Assembly: GCA_963749495.1 (NCBI GenBank)
Contig: CAVVMW010000001.1
Span: 96,001 to 160,000, forward strand
From: an uncultured bacterium
GTDB lineage: Bacteria; Verrucomicrobiota; Verrucomicrobiia; Limisphaerales; UBA8199
DNA: 64,000 nt
Direction of reading: 5' to 3'
The notes under the pieces were generated by a model that saw only the letters and a program-made list of their open reading frames with translations, ran no database searches and was not told where the DNA came from. This document shows positions 62,001 through 64,000 of the stretch, one piece after another. Within the stretch, counting starts at the first letter, position 1. Each line of letters opens with the position of its first letter. Both the position numbers and the translations under genes were made by a program.

Positions 62001-63237
62001 TCCCGCCACGCTGCTCGGCAGCGGCGAACACCGTCTCACCCTCCAGGCAACCCTCCAGCCGGTGGCCGGCCTCGATCGCTTCCAGCCCGCTGGCTTTCCG
62101 GAAATCGGTCATGTGATCTACGACTCACCACGGCGCGATGGCCGGCCCGATAAGATCTGCATCGTCGATAGCGCCGCGAGCATGGCCAACCATCTCGAAG
62201 CCGTCTGTCTCGCAGGCCCCTTCGGCGCGACAGTCGCCCCTGAGTTGGCTGGTCTGCCTTACGTGGAATGTGTCACCGACGAGTATCAATTGGACGCGAC
62301 CGGATTCGCTTCGGTCACCAAATCAGGACCGCACACAACGGTGATGAACACCTTCACGGAAGGGCATCGGCTGGCGTCTTCGTACTTTTGTCTGGGAAAA
62401 GAAAAGACGAAGGGCGTCGAGAAAGGTGAAGGGGAGGCTGCGGCTGACTCAACGAAGAAAAAAAGGAAGACGAAGGCTTTGCTCGTTGTTGATGGGAAGA
62501 CGTCCGATCGAGGATTCTACGAAGCTCTGCGTGACGAATTCAACGTCGTGAATTTAGGAACCAATTCGCATCCCTTGCCACAGGACTGGTGGCGGGTTTT
62601 CAAAGTTATCTTCAAGTACGACCCGAACTCGCTCGTTCACGGCATTCTCTTTCCCGCGCTGGGAATCAAAATCCCGCGCGTTCTCACAGGGCATCTTGAA
62701 GCATTTGGCGCGGCGCGAGTCGGGAGTGCGGGCGTGAAATTCGACAAGCTGCTGATGACTACGTCCGGCCAGCCCATCTTTGCCGTGGATGAAGAAACTG
62801 CGCGCGAGATTCGCGCGACCTTCATCATCGATCTTGCGTTGCTCCGCTCGTTTGGCCGCACTGAAAAGAAAGACGGCAACGTGAACGTCCAAGGCTTGAG
62901 CGAAGCGCAAAAGCGGCTGCTGCTTGCGCTCGCGCTGTGGAAGATTGGCAGGTTGCTGGCCAAGCCATTCCGCTATCGCTCACGCTGCGATCTCGAAATT
63001 GCGAGTTTGCGGCGTACCGATGCCGCCGCCGCTGGTGACCTGAAAATCGAGGATCTGGAGGTTGATATCGCAGACGCGATCCGCAGTGCAGGTTTCCCGA
63101 AGAACCCTGTAACGCAGGTCTATTGGCCTGCAGGCGAGATTTTCAAAAAGGCGAAGGAGAAAGCGGACACCTCGGACGAGAATCAACCGGCTGGAGAGGA
63201 AGACGAAGAACAGGCTGGCGGAACCAACGAGGAGTGA
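61978..63237 (+). CDS. csb1: Type I-G Cas7 (Csb1)
   Basis: LQPVAGLDRFQPAGFPEIG, VDSAASMANHLE, EGHRLAS, YDPNSLVHG, RYRSRCDL. Confidence 0.9.
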   Translation: MNKSNLLDPATLLGSGEHRLTLQATLQPVAGLDRFQPAGFPEIGHVIYDSPRRDGRPDKICIVDSAASMANHLEAVCLAGPFGATVAPELAGLPYVECVTDEYQLDATGFASVTKSGPHTTVMNTFTEGHRLASSYFCLGKEKTKGVEKGEGEAAADSTKKKRKTKALLVVDGKTSDRGFYEALRDEFNVVNLGTNSHPLPQDWWRVFKVIFKYDPNSLVHGILFPALGIKIPRVLTGHLEAFGAARVGSAGVKFDKLLMTTSGQPIFAVDEETAREIRATFIIDLALLRSFGRTEKKDGNVNVQGLSEAQKRLLLALALWKIGRLLAKPFRYRSRCDLEIASLRRTDAAAAGDLKIEDLEVDIADAIRSAGFPKNPVTQVYWPAGEIFKKAKEKADTSDENQPAGEEDEEQAGGTNEE

Positions 63238-63243
63238 ACGGCA

Positions 63244-64000
63244 ATGGTGAGGGTCATCCTTCAGCAGCGTTTTCCCCTGGGGCGCTTTCACGCGAACCCC
63301 TGGAAGGCCTTTCCGTTCGACGATCCCTATGGCGAATGGCCGCCGAGTCCGTGGCGATTGCTGCGCGCGCTTGTTGCTCGCAGCCATCAACTCGCGCGTG
63401 AGGAGCCCACCGTGGGCGAAATCGAGCGTGCCGCTCTGGTGCGCGCATTTTGCACCAGCTCGGTCCGGTGGCATCTGCCTGAGCAGTCGTGGCGCGGACC
63501 CGGTTTGCGGCAGTATCAGCCAGCGGAGTTCAGCCGCGTTCCCAAATCGGCGAAAGAACCTGGTCGCATGGCGCACAGCACCACAAAGAACCAGGACAAC
63601 TGCTGGCTCACCGCCGGGCCGGAAGACCCGGTTTGGTGGTTCATCGAAGGCGAGCACTGGAATGATGAGGTCGTGGGGGTTCTCGATGCGTGTCTGGCCC
63701 GGATGACCTATTTTGGTCGTGCCGAATCCATCACTCTGATGCAACGTGCTGACAGCAAAGTGCAGCATCCCGAACCAAATTGCTTTGCGATACCGCAACG
63801 CACCTCCCGTAGTGTGCTTGTTTTGTTTCCCACCCCCGACGCCACGCTGACCGATGTCGAACGCGGCACCGACGATCCGGCGATCGCCCAATCAACTGTG
63901 CCGCCAGGTGCCGTTTGGCGGTTCGCGGAACGTCCACGCCAGCCCCCGCTGCAGGCAATCCCAAGACGGCCCAAACGAGTATCGTCGGAAGTTCGCTTCC
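63244..64000 (+). CDS. csb2: Type I-G Cas5/Cas6 fusion Csb2; 3' end beyond the window
   Basis: Manual translation: RFPLGRFHANPW...EWPPSPWRLLRALVA...YFGRAES. Confidence 0.9.
   Translation, partial: MVRVILQQRFPLGRFHANPWKAFPFDDPYGEWPPSPWRLLRALVARSHQLAREEPTVGEIERAALVRAFCTSSVRWHLPEQSWRGPGLRQYQPAEFSRVPKSAKEPGRMAHSTTKNQDNCWLTAGPEDPVWWFIEGEHWNDEVVGVLDACLARMTYFGRAESITLMQRADSKVQHPEPNCFAIPQRTSRSVLVLFPTPDATLTDVERGTDDPAIAQSTVPPGAVWRFAERPRQPPLQAIPRRPKRVSSEVRF

Overview
High-GC (roughly 65%, estimated by eye) bacterial chromosome segment. It is most consistent with Verrucomicrobiota (Pedosphaera-like), inferred from the GloVer-repeat protein, the '...RFYR' C-terminal domains and the palindromic repeat families. 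Housekeeping and metabolic genes: M16, S9 and S53 peptidases, Gfo/Idh/MocA oxidoreductase, HEAT protein, UvrD/PcrA helicase, lnt, mutS, fucose-isomerase-like protein. Three accessory regions: (1) about 5.9-18.4 kb, an uncharacterised signalling or conflict locus with three co-oriented genes that all carry ryanodine-receptor (RyR) repeat domains: a channel-like TM-RCK-RyR protein, a RelA/SpoT synthetase-TPR-SLOG-RyR fusion and a stand-alone RyR protein. It lies back-to-back with a membrane-anchored receptor carrying a SARM1-like TIR domain, and is flanked by a TPR/degenerate-kinase plus receiver pair. This is the best candidate for an undescribed system. (2) about 34.6-40.2 kb, a decayed island with three tRNA-3'-end att remnants, integrase and resolvase fragments and four toxin-antitoxin modules, three of which have lost most of the toxin. 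(3) 57-64 kb, a type I-G (I-U) cas operon with no array in the window. About nine small frameshifts in otherwise intact genes are probably assembly indels. All domain calls come from motif recognition by eye; no searches were run.
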